Origin: Lama guanicoe
Taxonomy: Eukaryota
Assembly: GCA_013239625.1 (NCBI GenBank)
Contig: MU053934.1
Span: forward strand, 279,241 to 343,240
Direction of reading: 5' to 3'
DNA length: 64,000 nt
The position numbers and the translations under genes were made by a program. Shown one piece after another: positions 13,481 to 26,285 of this stretch. The notes beneath the pieces were generated by a model, which ran no database searches, was not told where the DNA came from, and saw only the letters and a program-made list of their open reading frames with translations. Position 1 is the stretch's first letter. Each line of letters starts with the position of its first letter.

Positions 13481-15879
13481 AGGAGGAAACGGAAGGAGAA
13501 GGAAGACGGGAGCACACAGATGGGGCTGGGGTACGGGATGTCCCACTCACGGGGAAGGTCGCTGCATCTGGACACGCAGAGACTACAGACAGGCATGTCT
13601 TATGGATGCTGGGATGTGCTTTCTCCACCGTGCACACATGGCCACCTCCCCCTCCAAGCCCTGATCGCAATGGTACTTGGAGCTTTTCTGATCCTCTCTC
13701 AACTGGGTCCTCCTGTTACGTTGCAAATACGTTGATTTACCAAATATCATGCGCTATTACATTATGTGCATGTATTTAGGCATATGTTAGTCCTGCTGGG
13801 TTCACATGGATAAACGAGGAGGGCAGGGACCCTGTCCTATCCAGCCTCATTTACTCACTCCAGAAGCTTTCAAGGACACCAACTGCAAAGCCTGCCCGGC
13901 TTCCCTACCTTAGAGAATGAAAGAAAAATCCCTGCCCCTTTGTCTTTATTTGAAAAAGATGGCTTTTCTCTCCACCTCACTCATCTACTACCAAGGACTG
14001 ACGTGCCATTCCAATGAAAAGATAGATAGTGTTTACAATAGCGCAGAGAACAAGGAAACTGCTCAGGACATAGCTACCATTATTACGAATCGAAATTAAT
14101 TTCTGTGGAGCCACAATCATCCATGTACTGTTACCCAGGAGGTTATTGAAATGCTTCTGGTGTTAGTCCCTGACTAGAGTGAGCTGAGGCCAGCACAATG
14201 GGTGCAACAGGTCCTGGGAGGTCTGCACAGCTGTCTGCGATGCCTTCAGGGACAAAGTGAGTTAGAGGTGGTTACTGACCGTCTCCATCACCTCCATCAC
14301 TCTTCACACTCAAATATGGTGGGGAGGCTCCTTGTCTTCAGAGCCTATAGCACTGACATTTCGGTGGCCCTCTGCCCCCAAGCTTCATAAACCTCCTTCC
14401 TCCGCTGCCGCCAACTTTCTGGGCACCCTTCCCTGCTAGTCCCAGGTTTCTTCTCTTTTATGTTGTCTATATGTTGTCCTTTAGAAACTGCAAAGAATCT
14501 CAGCAGCTCACCCAGATCAACCTGAGCCCGGTACCTACACCTACCTCAGTGGCTGTGACACCACCCTGGGGCAGATCCGTCTCTGGGTCTCAGAATGTTT
14601 TGGTCAAGAGGGGACAGCTCTAGCTCTCAAGGCAGTTAAGAGAATCATAACTTTACACCACAAGCATGCAGTTTCTGGAATTATTACCAGCGCCATGGTT
14701 GTTCCGTGTCTACTTTTAAGCTTGGGGACTTCCGGAAGCTCGGGGGCACCAAAATACTCTTTCTAAATAGCTGGCCATCTCCTCTGTGCGGTTATGTAAG
14801 ACGCAGTGCAAGAATTATTAATTAGACCCAAGCAGGAACTATGTTTTTATATATAGCTGCATGTGGGTGGAAAGAGACTGAGGTCACTAGACCTGCATCC
14901 GTGGAGGGTCAGACAGAACTGCTGATAAAAGTAGTTAAAAAGATGAATGCGTGTTCTCAATTGAGCTATCCCAGCCAGCCAGGACTCAATAATTTAAAAG
15001 ACAATGCCGGGAGCTCATTTCAAGGTGAGAGAAAACTCTGAAGACGGAAGAATCTTCTCAAAACTTCCTTTTAATTAAAGTGTTGCTTGGCTGCATTTCC
15101 CCCGAGCTCAGGTCTTTGTCTGTGAAGAGGAAATCACACAGGGCTTTGCCTGGACAATAAGCCACTTAATTTGAACTTGGAACTCAATCACGAGGTTCAT
15201 AGCCCCGTTTCTGTGCCCAGCACTGGGGAGGTGTGAAAAGCTTTCAGATAATATGAATCCATTCGTCTTGTTGGCTATCGCTGCCTGCGTGGTTGAAACT
15301 AAGCAAAATTGTCTGAATGACACAGAAAAGCAGCAGCATTCAAGACGTGGCAGAATTACTATGAAATGCAGACAAGGTCAGGGGCAAAAGGAAAGCATTC
15401 CAGAGGCAGCTGGAATGCGAAGTGTCTGCTGAAATGGAGCCCGACCCACTGAAGGGGAACAGGGCTCAACAGACGGCAAGAGTCTCGTGGGATATCTGAC
15501 AACTAGAAAGACGCAAAAGATGCTGCGTTCTGAACAGAGTGGGTACCAGGGAAGTGTTGCAGGACACACTGGGTGACGGCAGAAAAGAGAAAAAGCAGGT
15601 GGATGAACAGGTAAGAGCAAGACTGATGGGGACTGATCAGCCACTGGCAGGTGACAGATGAGCCAACGTGTCACCAAGGGAGAGGTGAGGGAAAGGCACC
15701 CAGAAACTCCAAGCTCCAGACAAAGCCTCCGAATCTGGGAGGCGCACGGGGCCAGGAGCTCGGGCTGCAGATTCCAAGGCCCAGGGAGCAGAGCCAGCCC
15801 TTCCCACTTCCTCAACGCCAAGCGAAGCCAGTGGAGGGTGGGGAGTTGTCCTGGGCGTCACCCACCCGCTGGGACCCGC

Positions 15880-16060
15880 GCTCTACTTTGACACAGGTCA
15901 TCTCCTTTGATGCAGCCCCAATTCATCCACATGGAAAGCAGTATCATCTCGACTTCACAGCAGGGGAAACTGAGTCTCTAAGTAACACACTCCGGCTACA
16001 CAGCAAGCAGGAAGCAGAGCCGGGACTTGCGGCTGACCTGCTCGAAGGCCCAGGCTGTGC
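15880..16060 (-). mobile_element. MIR SINE
   Basis: TTCACAGCAGGGGAAACTGAGTCT...GCAGAGCCGGGACTTG. Confidence 0.7.
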
Positions 16061-16729
16061 GTCCCCAGAGCTCTGCGGATTCTGTCACTAACACCATCCC
16101 AAAGAGCCCCTGAGGATGAATATACGGCTCCCATGAGTCTGCTCCTGAATCAGCGAGTGATTTCTTTTAAGTCTCAATTTTTATCTTAATCATTTGTGTG
16201 CATTTAAAATTTACCTTGTAATATACTTGTGTTTTAATAGAAAAATAACGTTTTAAATTACCATAGGGAAGGGCATACTGTCCTTGTCCTGGGGTCTTGG
16301 AACAGTGTCCAGCATAACAGCAAGTCCCCAAGGGGAGAAGGGAGGGCAGTGGCGGGGTGGGTGACGGGCACTCTGTCTTGAAAGGCAACACAGTCTACCG
16401 CACTGCCTGCTCACATCTCATTTTCAGGGCAAAGCAGACATACCAGAGTATCCGATCAAAGCCAAAATTACCTTTACTGGCTGGGTGAGTGAGGAGACTA
16501 GCAGGGCTCTGGTGAGTAACGTGTGTGTAACTCTCCTATATTGAGAAACGACCCCTCCGTGCTGCCGTCCTGGTGAAAAGCATCTCTGCCCGCGTGCATG
16601 TCCCCATTGGCGTGGTCTTTTCGTACACGCCCACGTCTCTAAGTGTCTTTTGTGGAAGTGACATGATTTCTTGGCTTGATGGAAATGACAGTTGACTCTG
16701 AGTGCCGGTCCAGGTATTGGCCAAAGGGA

Positions 16730-16920
16730 GGTACATGAGTTGTCCCCAACTAGCCCCTCTCAACAACCCTGTGGAGTAGGCAGTACTGTCATACACGTTT
16801 TGCAGATGAGGAAACTGAGGACAGAGTGGTAGAACCACTTGTCCGAGGTGACCCAGGCTAGGACATCTTGAGGGTTGGATTCATATCCACGTAATTGGAC
16901 TTGGGGGCCTTCATTTTAAC
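16730..16920 (-). mobile_element. MIR SINE
   Basis: CAACAACCCTGTGGAGTAGG...TTTTGCAGATGAGGAAACTGAGG. Confidence 0.85.
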
Positions 16921-17289
16921 CAGGGGCCCCTGGGAGGTCCACATTTGCATAGCACCAAGCTAATAACTACCAGTGCCCGTTCTTTTGACACGATTAAGAA
17001 GCTCTCCTAACCTGTTCGCTGACCAGCGCCCTCTGTCTTCGGTCTGGGTAGCAGGCATGAGATGCTTTCTGTTTGCAGAGGGCACAGTGGTTGCTCAACC
17101 CCTTCTAAAGGCTCCCATCTAAAAGATGCTACTCTGAGTATGGTGATGCCCGTTCTCAGTTTAACACGGGCACAAGGGTAAACACTCACGTGAAGCCTGC
17201 TTTCTAACCTCTTCAGCCCGGGAGCGAAGTTTGCATATTAGATAATCTGCAGACACTAGCGATGCTTACAGCTCTAGAGAAGCCTGCTG

Positions 17290-17629
17290 AGAGGAGGCAG
17301 TGTTGCACAGTGGTCAGACATCAGCCTTGAAGACAGACAGCCCCGGGTGTAGATCTGGAAGTTTCCCACTTACAGGCTGCAGGCTTCTGAGCACTGAATC
17401 TAACCAACACCTCTCAGGATCCCCCTCCGGTCAAATGGAGATAACAAAACTTGCCTCTTGGGGATGTTGCAAAGAGCAGTGGAGATGCACTTCCCTTGGT
17501 TAAATGCTGCCTGATGGGTTGTGTCAATGACTGAAATGGCTGAGCTGCTGGTAAAATACAACACAGATTAATGTATGTCAAAGTGTTCAGCACAGTGCCT
17601 GACACAGAGCGAGTGTCCCGTCAGTGGTA
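17290..17629 (+). mobile_element. MIR SINE (possibly two pieces)
   Basis: GAGGCAGTGTTGCACAGTGGTCAGA head and AAAGTGTTCAGCACAGTGCCTGACACAGAG tail. Confidence 0.75.

Positions 17630-17677
<48 letters not shown>
17630..17677 (+). repeat. (GAT)16 perfect microsatellite
   Basis: Counted directly; sits at the 3' tail of the MIR. Confidence 0.97.
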
Positions 17678-17888
17678 AACGGCACCAAAATATTAAGATG
17701 CTGTGCCACTATTTACATTTTCAATTGGTCAGTAACATTCATGCCTCGTGCATCTGTATCTTTTTAACTGTTACAAACTGCTTTCCCACCAGTTTTTCCA
17801 ATTGATAATCACAACTTTCCTCACAGGTAGGTAGCTCCACTAATATCATAATCATTTTGCAGGCGAGCAACGTGAGATTAAAGACATG

Positions 17889-17948
17889 ACATTGTAAACT
17901 GACTATACTTCAATAATATATATATATAAAATAAATTTTTTTAAAAAA
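17889..17948 (+). mobile_element. Extremely 5'-truncated young L1 tail inserted in an antisense MIR
   Basis: ACATTGTAAACTGACTATACTTCAATAA plus A/T tail; flanks AAAGACATG / AAAGAACTTG resemble a TSD. Confidence 0.75.
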
Positions 17949-18439
17949 GAACTTGCTTCAAGGCACTAGGTTAGTCATAGTTGCTGCAACGAAGACCAGG
18001 AATTGGGTTCTCTTTCTGCCACTACTGCTTTGAAAACACCTGCAGGTTATGCAAAATCACAGCGAAGAAAGCTAATCGGCTTCACCAGGACTACACTGCA
18101 AGCCCATGAGAAGCCAGGAAACTGCCCTCCATCCCCTCCCCGTGCTGCCTTCAGGCAGACGACTGTGCCTTGTTGGTTCCAGGGGGAGAGCCAGACTCCA
18201 CTCACGGATGCTATCCAAGCCCCACGTCGAGGGACAGCTGCGGATTGACTCTCTTCTCTCTCTCCCCTGTCCAGTTCATCAGGAAGTCCTCCGTGAACCA
18301 GCCCCGACTCCCCCTCCTCCACCTGCTACACTTCAGGGACCATGGCTTCCTTTCTCTTCACCGAACATCCCCAATTCTCTCCGGCTTCTGCAAATGCCCT
18401 TGTCTGCTTAGATCACTCCTCCTCTTGCAAGGGATGGTG

Positions 18440-18640
18440 TCTTCTCTGAGCTGAACCTTCTCCTCCTCCATGACTTTAAATGGGAGCCTCCTACCCCTCA
18501 GCCTCCCTCAATCTCTTAGCCTGTGGCTTCCCTCTCATCCCTCACAGCACATCGCCATCTGAGTTATCTCGCCTGGGTATGGTCTGTTTCCCCCACCTGG
18601 AAATCTAAAACAAGCCCCGGGACTGTCTTGTTCACTTTGT
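18440..18640 (+). mobile_element. L2 LINE fragment
   Basis: CTCACAGCACATCGCCATCTG...GGGACTGTCTTGTTCACTTTG. Confidence 0.6.
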
Positions 18641-19030
18641 GAAATACATGGAAGTTAGCATGAAAAAGAAAAATTTGCACCCCTACCAGTACCTAGGTGC
18701 CTGGTAGAGATCAAAACTGAAGTTTGTGTTTCAGTACAACCGAACAGCTGAAGCTGTTAAGAGACCACGGTCATGGCAAGCTCTAACCTGATCTAACGCG
18801 ATGCTCTTTCTTCCTTCCTAGCCAATGAACAGCTCTGTACAAACCCATGAACTTATTCCATCCTACGCAAAGCAGTTTTCAAACTCCATCTCCGATCCCT
18901 CCTTCCCCTTTTGCACTTAAAAACTCTCAACTTTTCTCTCTGCCATCTGTTCCGTAAAATTTTTTTTCACTGGCGTGTGTTCCCTTGCATGGCAAGTAAG
19001 TAAATAATAAATTCATCTTTGATTTCTTTT
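18640..19030 (+). mobile_element. Possible ERV solo LTR
   Basis: CCAAT, TATA-like CACTTAAAAA and AATAAA in LTR order; termini and TSD not resolved. Confidence 0.35.
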
Positions 19031-21085
19031 TTGTTTGTTTTTACGATGTCTTTTTGTTTATTTGTTTGCTTTTGTCGCTGAAAACAGGGCTCTTTCTGAA
19101 GTATTCTGAGATACGTGGAGAAGGACCCAAACCCCAGGCTCAAGAACAAGACTGCCAAGTTCAGACCTTTGTTCTGCTATTTTCTTAGACAAATGAAGTA
19201 ACCAGCCGATGCCTCAGTTTCTTCGATATAAACTAAGGACCATGATAAAACACCGGCCTCGTGGTGACTGTCCCAGAGTAAGGGCTGCAGAAGTGCCAGC
19301 TATCATAACCATTCTGCACGATGTCTGAAAAGAGCCCTGTACTTCAGCGGAGATGATTCATGTAGGATCATTGCCAGAAGCAGAGGGCTGTATTCTTGTC
19401 AGTTTCTCAGTGTCGTAAAACATACCAAGTGCGCAGTACCTGGTGCACACAGAAGAGGAACTCTTCTTCTAGAGCAAGGCATGAATATCAAAGCCATGTA
19501 TTACTGATCACTTCCAAGTTTTTACTAATGCTCTGCTCAATAACTGAACTGAATACAGTTAACGAGCAGAGCGTTCAGATCCTTGACCTCAGCTGATGCC
19601 CACGGCACAAAGCGAGGCTTACAGGGTGCTCATTTTACAGATGGGAAAGCTGAGGGTCCGAGACAGAACCGACTTGTCTCTGGCCCCACCATGCGGGCGG
19701 TCAAGTGTAACTTTCTCGCTGATGGCATTTCTCTAAACCTCAAATAAAGGGGAACAATCCTTCAAGCGGAATTGTTCTCTTAAAATAATTTCGAGAACTC
19801 CTCAGAAGGACTTAGTAGGAAGAAAACAAGCTGTGATTAGGATATTTTCCTCTTCAGAATAGTCATCTGGGAGGCTGGTTATGTAGATTAATGATGTTGC
19901 TGTGTTAAAGTTACTGTTACAACAGCCGAGTGTCTTAGAACTGCCCTCAGATCCTAAAGCATGTTCTCAACACCTAAGAGCTGGCATACATTTCAGGGAG
20001 TTGACTTCATTTTCATGAAAAGCCAAGCACCTCATGCACCTCTAAACCTTGTCAATAAGATGGGTAGTAAAGGAAGATAATAAAGATTTTAAAAATTTAT
20101 TTACATAAAACCCACCATAAAACAGAGACTTGTGAGGTTTAAATGTAATTTTGAATATGACTCTAGGGATGATGGACATCCAAAGTAGCCTCTTTGATAT
20201 GCCATTTTGCCTATTGTCCTTCCACAGAATTAGGCTACTGCTTTGTAGCAGGGTGGACTCTGGGGTCAGAGTGGACCCCAAGCCCAGGGCTGTCTGACTT
20301 GAATGTGGTGTTGGAATTCAAGGGAGATGCTTTGTTGCAGGCTAGCACTCACAGCCTCCTCCTATCTCCTCTCTTCTCCCATTTTTGTGGCCACCGTTCA
20401 GTTTAGTTAACTGCCATCCCTGCTCAAAGTGTGGACCCTGTCTGATTAAGGCAATCAGCATAATCACTGATTTAACTATAACAACTGAGTAAGGAGTGGG
20501 CCAGGGACTTAAGATGGTACACAGTGAAATTTAGGACCTTTCCTCCTCCAGAGCTCAGTGAGGAAGCCTGCAGCCCAAGGAGTGGAGGGAAATCATCTGC
20601 TACTCAAAGGGCAGGTGCCTGAGGACAAGGATGTAAAGCCATGTACTAAGTTAGGTGCTGCGAGGCAGAGGCTTCTCTCTAAAGACCATTACATTTAAGC
20701 TTTGGAACACTTTAGGCAGCAAAGGAATTAGGAAGGCACTTACTTTAACTCAGTCTCCCCAAACCCCTAATCTTACCTGTCCAATTATAGGAACAAACAC
20801 TATTTGAAAACCATGATGTTGACAATTAAAGCAAGGGGGAAGTGTTATTAAAGTGCAGAGTGTCCCATGGGAGACCATTTGGATATACAAACTCTACAGA
20901 ATGTTTCTGTTAAAGTCCCATAGCTTCCTGGCTTATAAGATGGTTAAGCGCATGTGCTTGCACCATTTGGCCTGATTCTAACCGCAGACTCTCTCCTTGA
21001 TGGTTATGCAACTTCGGACAAACTACTTAACCTCCCTGAAGCTTTGTGTCCTCATCCATAAAATGGGAATTAAAAGAAAAAGTCT

Positions 21086-21859
21086 GGGAACCCTCTTATA
21101 CTGTTGGTAGGAATAGACTTTGGTGCAGTCGCTATGGAAAAGAGTATGGAGATTTCTTTAAAAACTAAAAATAGACTTACCTATGATCCAGCAATCCCAC
21201 TCCTGGGCATATATCTGGAGAAACCTCTAATTTGAAAAGATACATGCACCCTAATGTTTATAGCAGCACTATTTACAATAGCCAGAACATGGAAGCAAAC
21301 TAAATGTCCATCGACAGATGACTGGATAAAGAAAATTTTATCACACACACACACACACACAAACATACACACACACACACACATAATAGAATGCTACTCA
21401 GCCATAAAAAAGAAGTAAATAATGCCTTTTGCAGCAACATGGATGGACCTGGAGATTGTTATACTAAGTGAAGTAAGCCAGAACAAGAAAGACAAATATT
21501 ACATGATATCACTTGTAAGTGGAATCTAAAAAATGACACAAATGAACTTATTTACAAAACAGAAAGAGACTCGCAGACATAGAAAACAAACTTACGGTTA
21601 CCAAAGAGGAAAGGCAGGGGGAGGGATAAATTGGGAGTTCCAGATTTGCAGATATTAACTATTATATATAAAATAGATAAACAACAAGATCCTAGTGTAC
21701 AGCACAGGGAATTATATTCAATATCTGTAGTAACCTCTAATGAAAAAGAATATACATATGTGTGCATATATTTATGTATAACTGAATCACTACACTGTAC
21801 ACCAGAAACTAACGTAACACTGTAAATCAAATAAATACCAATTAAAAAACAAAACAAAA
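21086..21859 (+). mobile_element. 5'-truncated cetartiodactyl L1: disabled ORF2 C-terminus, 3' UTR and A-tail
   Basis: Translates to YDPAIPLLGIY, DTCTLMFIAALFTIARTWKQTKCPSTDDWIKK and MPFAATWMDLEIVILSEVSQ (L1 ORF2p), with an in-frame stop and a CA expansion. Confidence 0.96.
21342..21383 (+). repeat. Interrupted (CA)n microsatellite inside the L1
   Basis: Seen directly. Confidence 0.95.
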
Positions 21860-22964
21860 CTACCTTTCCTTACATGATTGTTGGGAGATTAAATAAGGCA
21901 GGAAGCCATTAGTCTAATGACCAGCTTTACCAATAAATGGAATGTCTTATTACTAGTGTTATTAATACTATTACTATTATTGCTTTAGCACTTGCTAACA
22001 GAGGCCAATCTAAGAGACTGGCTTAATGGAAATTCACAGTGAAATGAAAGGAAGAGTTACCATGCCTAGAGGGGCTGGAGGAGGGTCACATGTCCTCAGC
22101 AGAGACTCGAGCACAGGGGAGAGGGGCAGACCGTCACCACCGGACCAGTGAAAAGACGGAGGCTCCTGGGGGAGCCCACAGAAGGCTTCCCGGCCCAGCC
22201 TGGGACCCTGCACTGACGCTTGGAACATAAAGAGAAATCAAGGGACTGGGGGGTGGGGGGGTGGTTGTGACACTTCAAAGACGCCCCAGGGCTGCACTGG
22301 AGAGGTACAGGATTGAAAATGATACATTAAAGAGCTGGACTCAGAAGGCGAGTGGATTAGAGCCACTCTCCAAGTCAGGGATGAAGCTAATGAGGCTCTT
22401 CTTGTCACCATCTGTAAGTTTATTACTTATACTTCAAAGGCAGCGAGCGGCAGAGGGGCTGGGGAGCGGTGCTGTTCCTCATGACAGCAGGAGTGGGAAA
22501 CAGACGGTGCTGACTTGGAGAGAGGGTGGGAGGTGGCCCCTGTGTCAGCTGCAGAAAGAGCCAAGCCCCAGAGGGGGCAGTAATCTGGATGCATGCACCT
22601 GTGATGATCAGTCCCGGCAGTGGTCACAAGGTGGGAGGAAGACGAGAGGATTAACTCACTTTAGTGCAGAGCAGGAGATGGGCTGGTTTCCCTCTGACTG
22701 CTTGCTGGCGGCCCTCAACTCTGATCTCACACACACTGGGTTTCTTTCCTGGAACTGGTAGGAAGGGCTCCAAGTCCTTCTTAATCTCAACCTGCTCGAC
22801 ACCTGGCTGTCCATCATGGCGTATTCCCATTGAACACGGCGGTCCAGACGTGGCAGCAGGCGGCTTGTCCTCTCGCCCAGGCGAGATGTAGATGGTGCCC
22901 TCCTTCCAGCGTCAAGCAAGGCATATTCGGCAGTTTGTAATTACAGGGCAAGAAACAGGTACTT

Positions 22965-23465
22965 GTTCCATCACTGGATACTGGTTGAGCGCTTACTGCT
23001 GTGTGCCTGGTGCTGGGGATGCGATCAATGAGCAATGGCCACCCGGGCCCTGCCCTCTTGGAGCTTATAGGCTTGGGGGGCGGGGCAGTATGGACATTAA
23101 TCAGAGGATCACGCAACTGCAGATAAATGTAAAATAACAGCCGTGATAGGTGCTGCAACGGGGCAATGTGCGATGTCTGTGTGCAGGTGCAAAATCAGAG
23201 GAACGTATCTGCACACGTGAGGGTCTTCTGAAGCCGTGATGACAGGGCTGAGGTTGTAATGCTACGCAGGATCAACCAAGAACGGTGGAGAGGCTGGCCT
23301 AGGAACACTGGGAAGAAAGTTCCAGTATGAGGGAAGAGCATGTGTAAAGGCCCGGAGGTGGGAGGGAGAATGATTCACTCCAGAAACACAGAACACCAGT
23401 CCTCCTAGAGTGAAGCAGGGAGAGGAGAGGGGGAGAGGGGACGAGGAAGGCAGGCAGGCGTGGAT
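22965..23465 (-). mobile_element. L2 LINE fragment
   Basis: TTGAGCGCTTACTG...CCCTGCCCTCTTGGAGCTTATAG...AGCATGTGTAAAGGCCCGGAGGTGGGA. Confidence 0.85.
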
Positions 23466-23877
23466 TTTGTCTGTATTGTTCAGCGCTTACCCCTTTGGCT
23501 CCTGCTCTGTGCTTTGACAGCACATAGTGGGAGTTCAAGTAGAAATGTTGAGTGAATAAGAGTGCCTACTATGCACTAGGCTCTGTGCCAGGCTTTTCTA
23601 TCCTGTACCTCATGGAATCCTTCAGTTCACTAATTCTGACCAAATCATTCTACTGATGGAGAAAGAATAATTGAAAAACCCAAAGATACAGCAGTGGCGA
23701 GTCCCAGAGTTGAGACCCCAAGTAGGTGCGCTTCAGGAAGTTTCCTGCTTTGTGCAATGCAGTAAAAAGTCACCAGGTGGGTTACTGAACTAGAAAGATG
23801 AGCTGGGGAAGGTTCGCCCAGGACACCTAAGACATGATTCCTGCACTCAAAAAAGCAGTCAAGAACAGTGACTGAGG

Positions 23878-24497
23878 ACGGTGTGATCACTCTGGGAAAT
23901 GGTTTGGCAGTTCCTCAAAATGCTACATATGGCATCACTACATGACCCAGAAATTCCACTCCTAGGTACAGACCAAGAGAAACGAAAACATATGTGCATG
24001 TCAAAACCTGTACACAAGTACTCACGGTAGCATTATTTATAATAATCAACAAGTGATAACAACCGAAATGTCCATCAGCTGACGAATGGATAAACAAAAC
24101 GTGATATATCCACACAACGGAACACCATGCAGCCATAAAAAGGAATGGACTCCAGGTCCTGGCTACAACAGGGATGAACCTTGAAAACGTAACGCTAAGT
24201 CAAAGAAGTCCATCACAAAAGGTCATACGTTGTATAAATCCATTTATGTGAAACATTCAAAATAGGCAAATCCATAGAGACAAAGCAGATTAGCAGTTAC
24301 TTAGCACTGGAGGGGCAGAGAAATGGGAGTGACTGCTCATGGGCACAGATTTCTTTCTGGAATGCTGAGAAAGTTCTAAACTTAGATTGTGGTGCTGGTC
24401 ACACAACTCTATAAATATACTAACGCCACTGAACAGTACTCCAGATACAAATGGGCAACTTTTACAGTAACTGAACTACATTTGAAAGAAAAATAAT
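23878..24497 (+). mobile_element. L1MB-type LINE 3' end
   Basis: TTTGGCAGTTCCTCAAAA...AAATGTCCATCAGCTGACGAATGGATAAACAAAA...ATAGGCAAATCCATAGAGACA. Confidence 0.92.
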
Positions 24498-25459
24498 AGT
24501 AAGAGTTCAAATACTAGAGTCCCCAGATGGGATTTTGAGCCCTCGTTCAATGAATCGCTGAGCCACATGGAAGCCTTGTCGTGCTGAGAGTGTGTCTTTT
24601 TCGGCATCATCTGTTGGTTCCCATCATTTGGAATCAATTTCCTTTCTCTTCCCTCACTTACCAATGCTTAATAAAAGAAGGATCTGACAACAACTTTGTC
24701 CCCGGGGCAACCTGCCCTCTGCTCTACAAAGCACTGGCCATTCTACACTGGCTCTAATGAGCATGCTGCCCTCCTTGCCAGGGGGTCCTCTAGTCCCAGA
24801 TACCCCGGGGCCCTGACCATAGGAAGAGCTGAATGTCCGCGCCAGGGCAGAAGGACCCTCTCTGCTTTACAATTATGCGCCGTTCTCACTCGATTATAAG
24901 ACTCACTGCAATGCATTCTTCCTGCCACCTACCTGACCCTCCTCAGGGTTTAGATCCTCCCTGAAGGGAGAATGGGTCTCACTGCAAAAAATAAAACAAA
25001 AAGCCTCCTCTCCTCTCAGGATGCCTTGAACATAGTACACGCTGCGTGAAATATATGTATTTTGAATCAGAGAAAGAGATACTCTTCTTACTCAGGGCTG
25101 GGAGGCAGCTGCTGCTTCTGAAACAATTTTCCATTTAAACCTAGCAATAAATGACAACTCTGGAGCAGGAAGAGAAAGCACACAGCTCCCGAGGCCAGAG
25201 CTCAAGCCCCGCAAGGGCACGACTTCGGCATTAAGGGCATATGCGTGCGGACGTGTCCTGGGGGAGACCCCTCCCTCTGCCCGGGCTGGACTCCACCTGC
25301 AAAATCCCCCTCGGGAAGGGGCTGAGAACAGTATAATGCAGCTGGACAGAGAAGCCCTGTGGTCCCAAATAGATCTCCTTCATTAGTAAAAATTCCAGCA
25401 GAATTTCTGGGCTCTCTGGCTTCTGATTAGCAAGCTGCTAGAATCATCTGTCTGAACGA

Positions 25460-25940
25460 CAAAGGTTATGAGCACAGACTGCAGGACTTTGCACCAGACA
25501 CTGGGGAGAAGATGCTAGAACAATGGTCTCTGTTCTTGGGGTCCTCACAGGCTGAAGGGACCAGGAGTGAGGAGTAAGAAAGAGATACGGGAATTGACAA
25601 TGATGAGGGTGTCACAGAATTGACAATTATGAGAGCGTCATTGTCATACGAGAGATCACAAGGTGTGATCCTTGTAAACACAGAGGGCTGGGAGTACCTA
25701 GCTGTGTGACCCCTGAGGGAAACCTTAAGAATGAGCTGGAATTTAGCAGGCTGATGAGAGGCGCATCTTGGGCACGGGTGTCAGCTTTTGCAAAGGCAAC
25801 AGAGACCTGAGAGCTTGTGAGCCTAGCCAACCACAAACAGTTCTGTGTGCAGGTACCTAAGGTTGATGGGCAGCCTAGAGAGGAGCCTTGCACATCTGGC
25901 CCAGGATGCTGACGGTCCTTCAGTGCATGCCCAGAGGAGC
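25460..25940 (-). mobile_element. L2 LINE fragment
   Basis: GCACCAGACACTGGGGAGAAG...TTTTGCAAAGGCAACAGAG antisense L2 pattern. Confidence 0.6.
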
Positions 25941-25954
25941 GAAACTGTGACACC

Positions 25955-26285
25955 AGCTACAGCGTGGATGGGCCCTGAAGACTTTATGCACAAAGCCAGT
26001 CACAAAAGGACAAATACTGTATGACTCCATGGAGAGGAGATACTTTGTGTAGCCAAATTCATAGAGATAGAAAGTTAAAGGGTGGCTGCCAGGGCTGGGG
26101 GAAGCGGGACACGAGCAGTTAGTGTTTAATGGCCACAGAGTTTCAGTTTGGGAAGACTGATGGATGGGCGCGATGGTGGCACAACCGTGTGAAAGTACTT
26201 AATGCCACTGAATTGAACATGTAAATGGTTAAGATGCTGATTTTTGTTATGTATATTTTACCACAATAAAAAAAATTTTTTTAAA
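25955..26285 (+). mobile_element. L1MB3-like LINE 3' end
   Basis: AGCCAGTCACAAAAGGACAAATACTGTATGA...GTACTTAATGCCACTGAATTG...TTTTACCACAATAAAAAAAA. Confidence 0.9.

Larger units (their letters stand above)
20935..21985 (+). mobile_element. MIR split in two (about 20935-21075 and 21860-21985) by an L1 insertion
   Basis: 5' half ends CCTCATCCATAAAATGGGAAT; 3' half resumes CTACCT...GATTGTTGGGAGATTAAAT. Confidence 0.75.

Noticed and set aside
21181..21530. L1 ORF2 peptide homology as a CDS
   Set aside because: It is 5'-truncated, with an in-frame stop and a microsatellite insertion, so it is a retroposon fossil.
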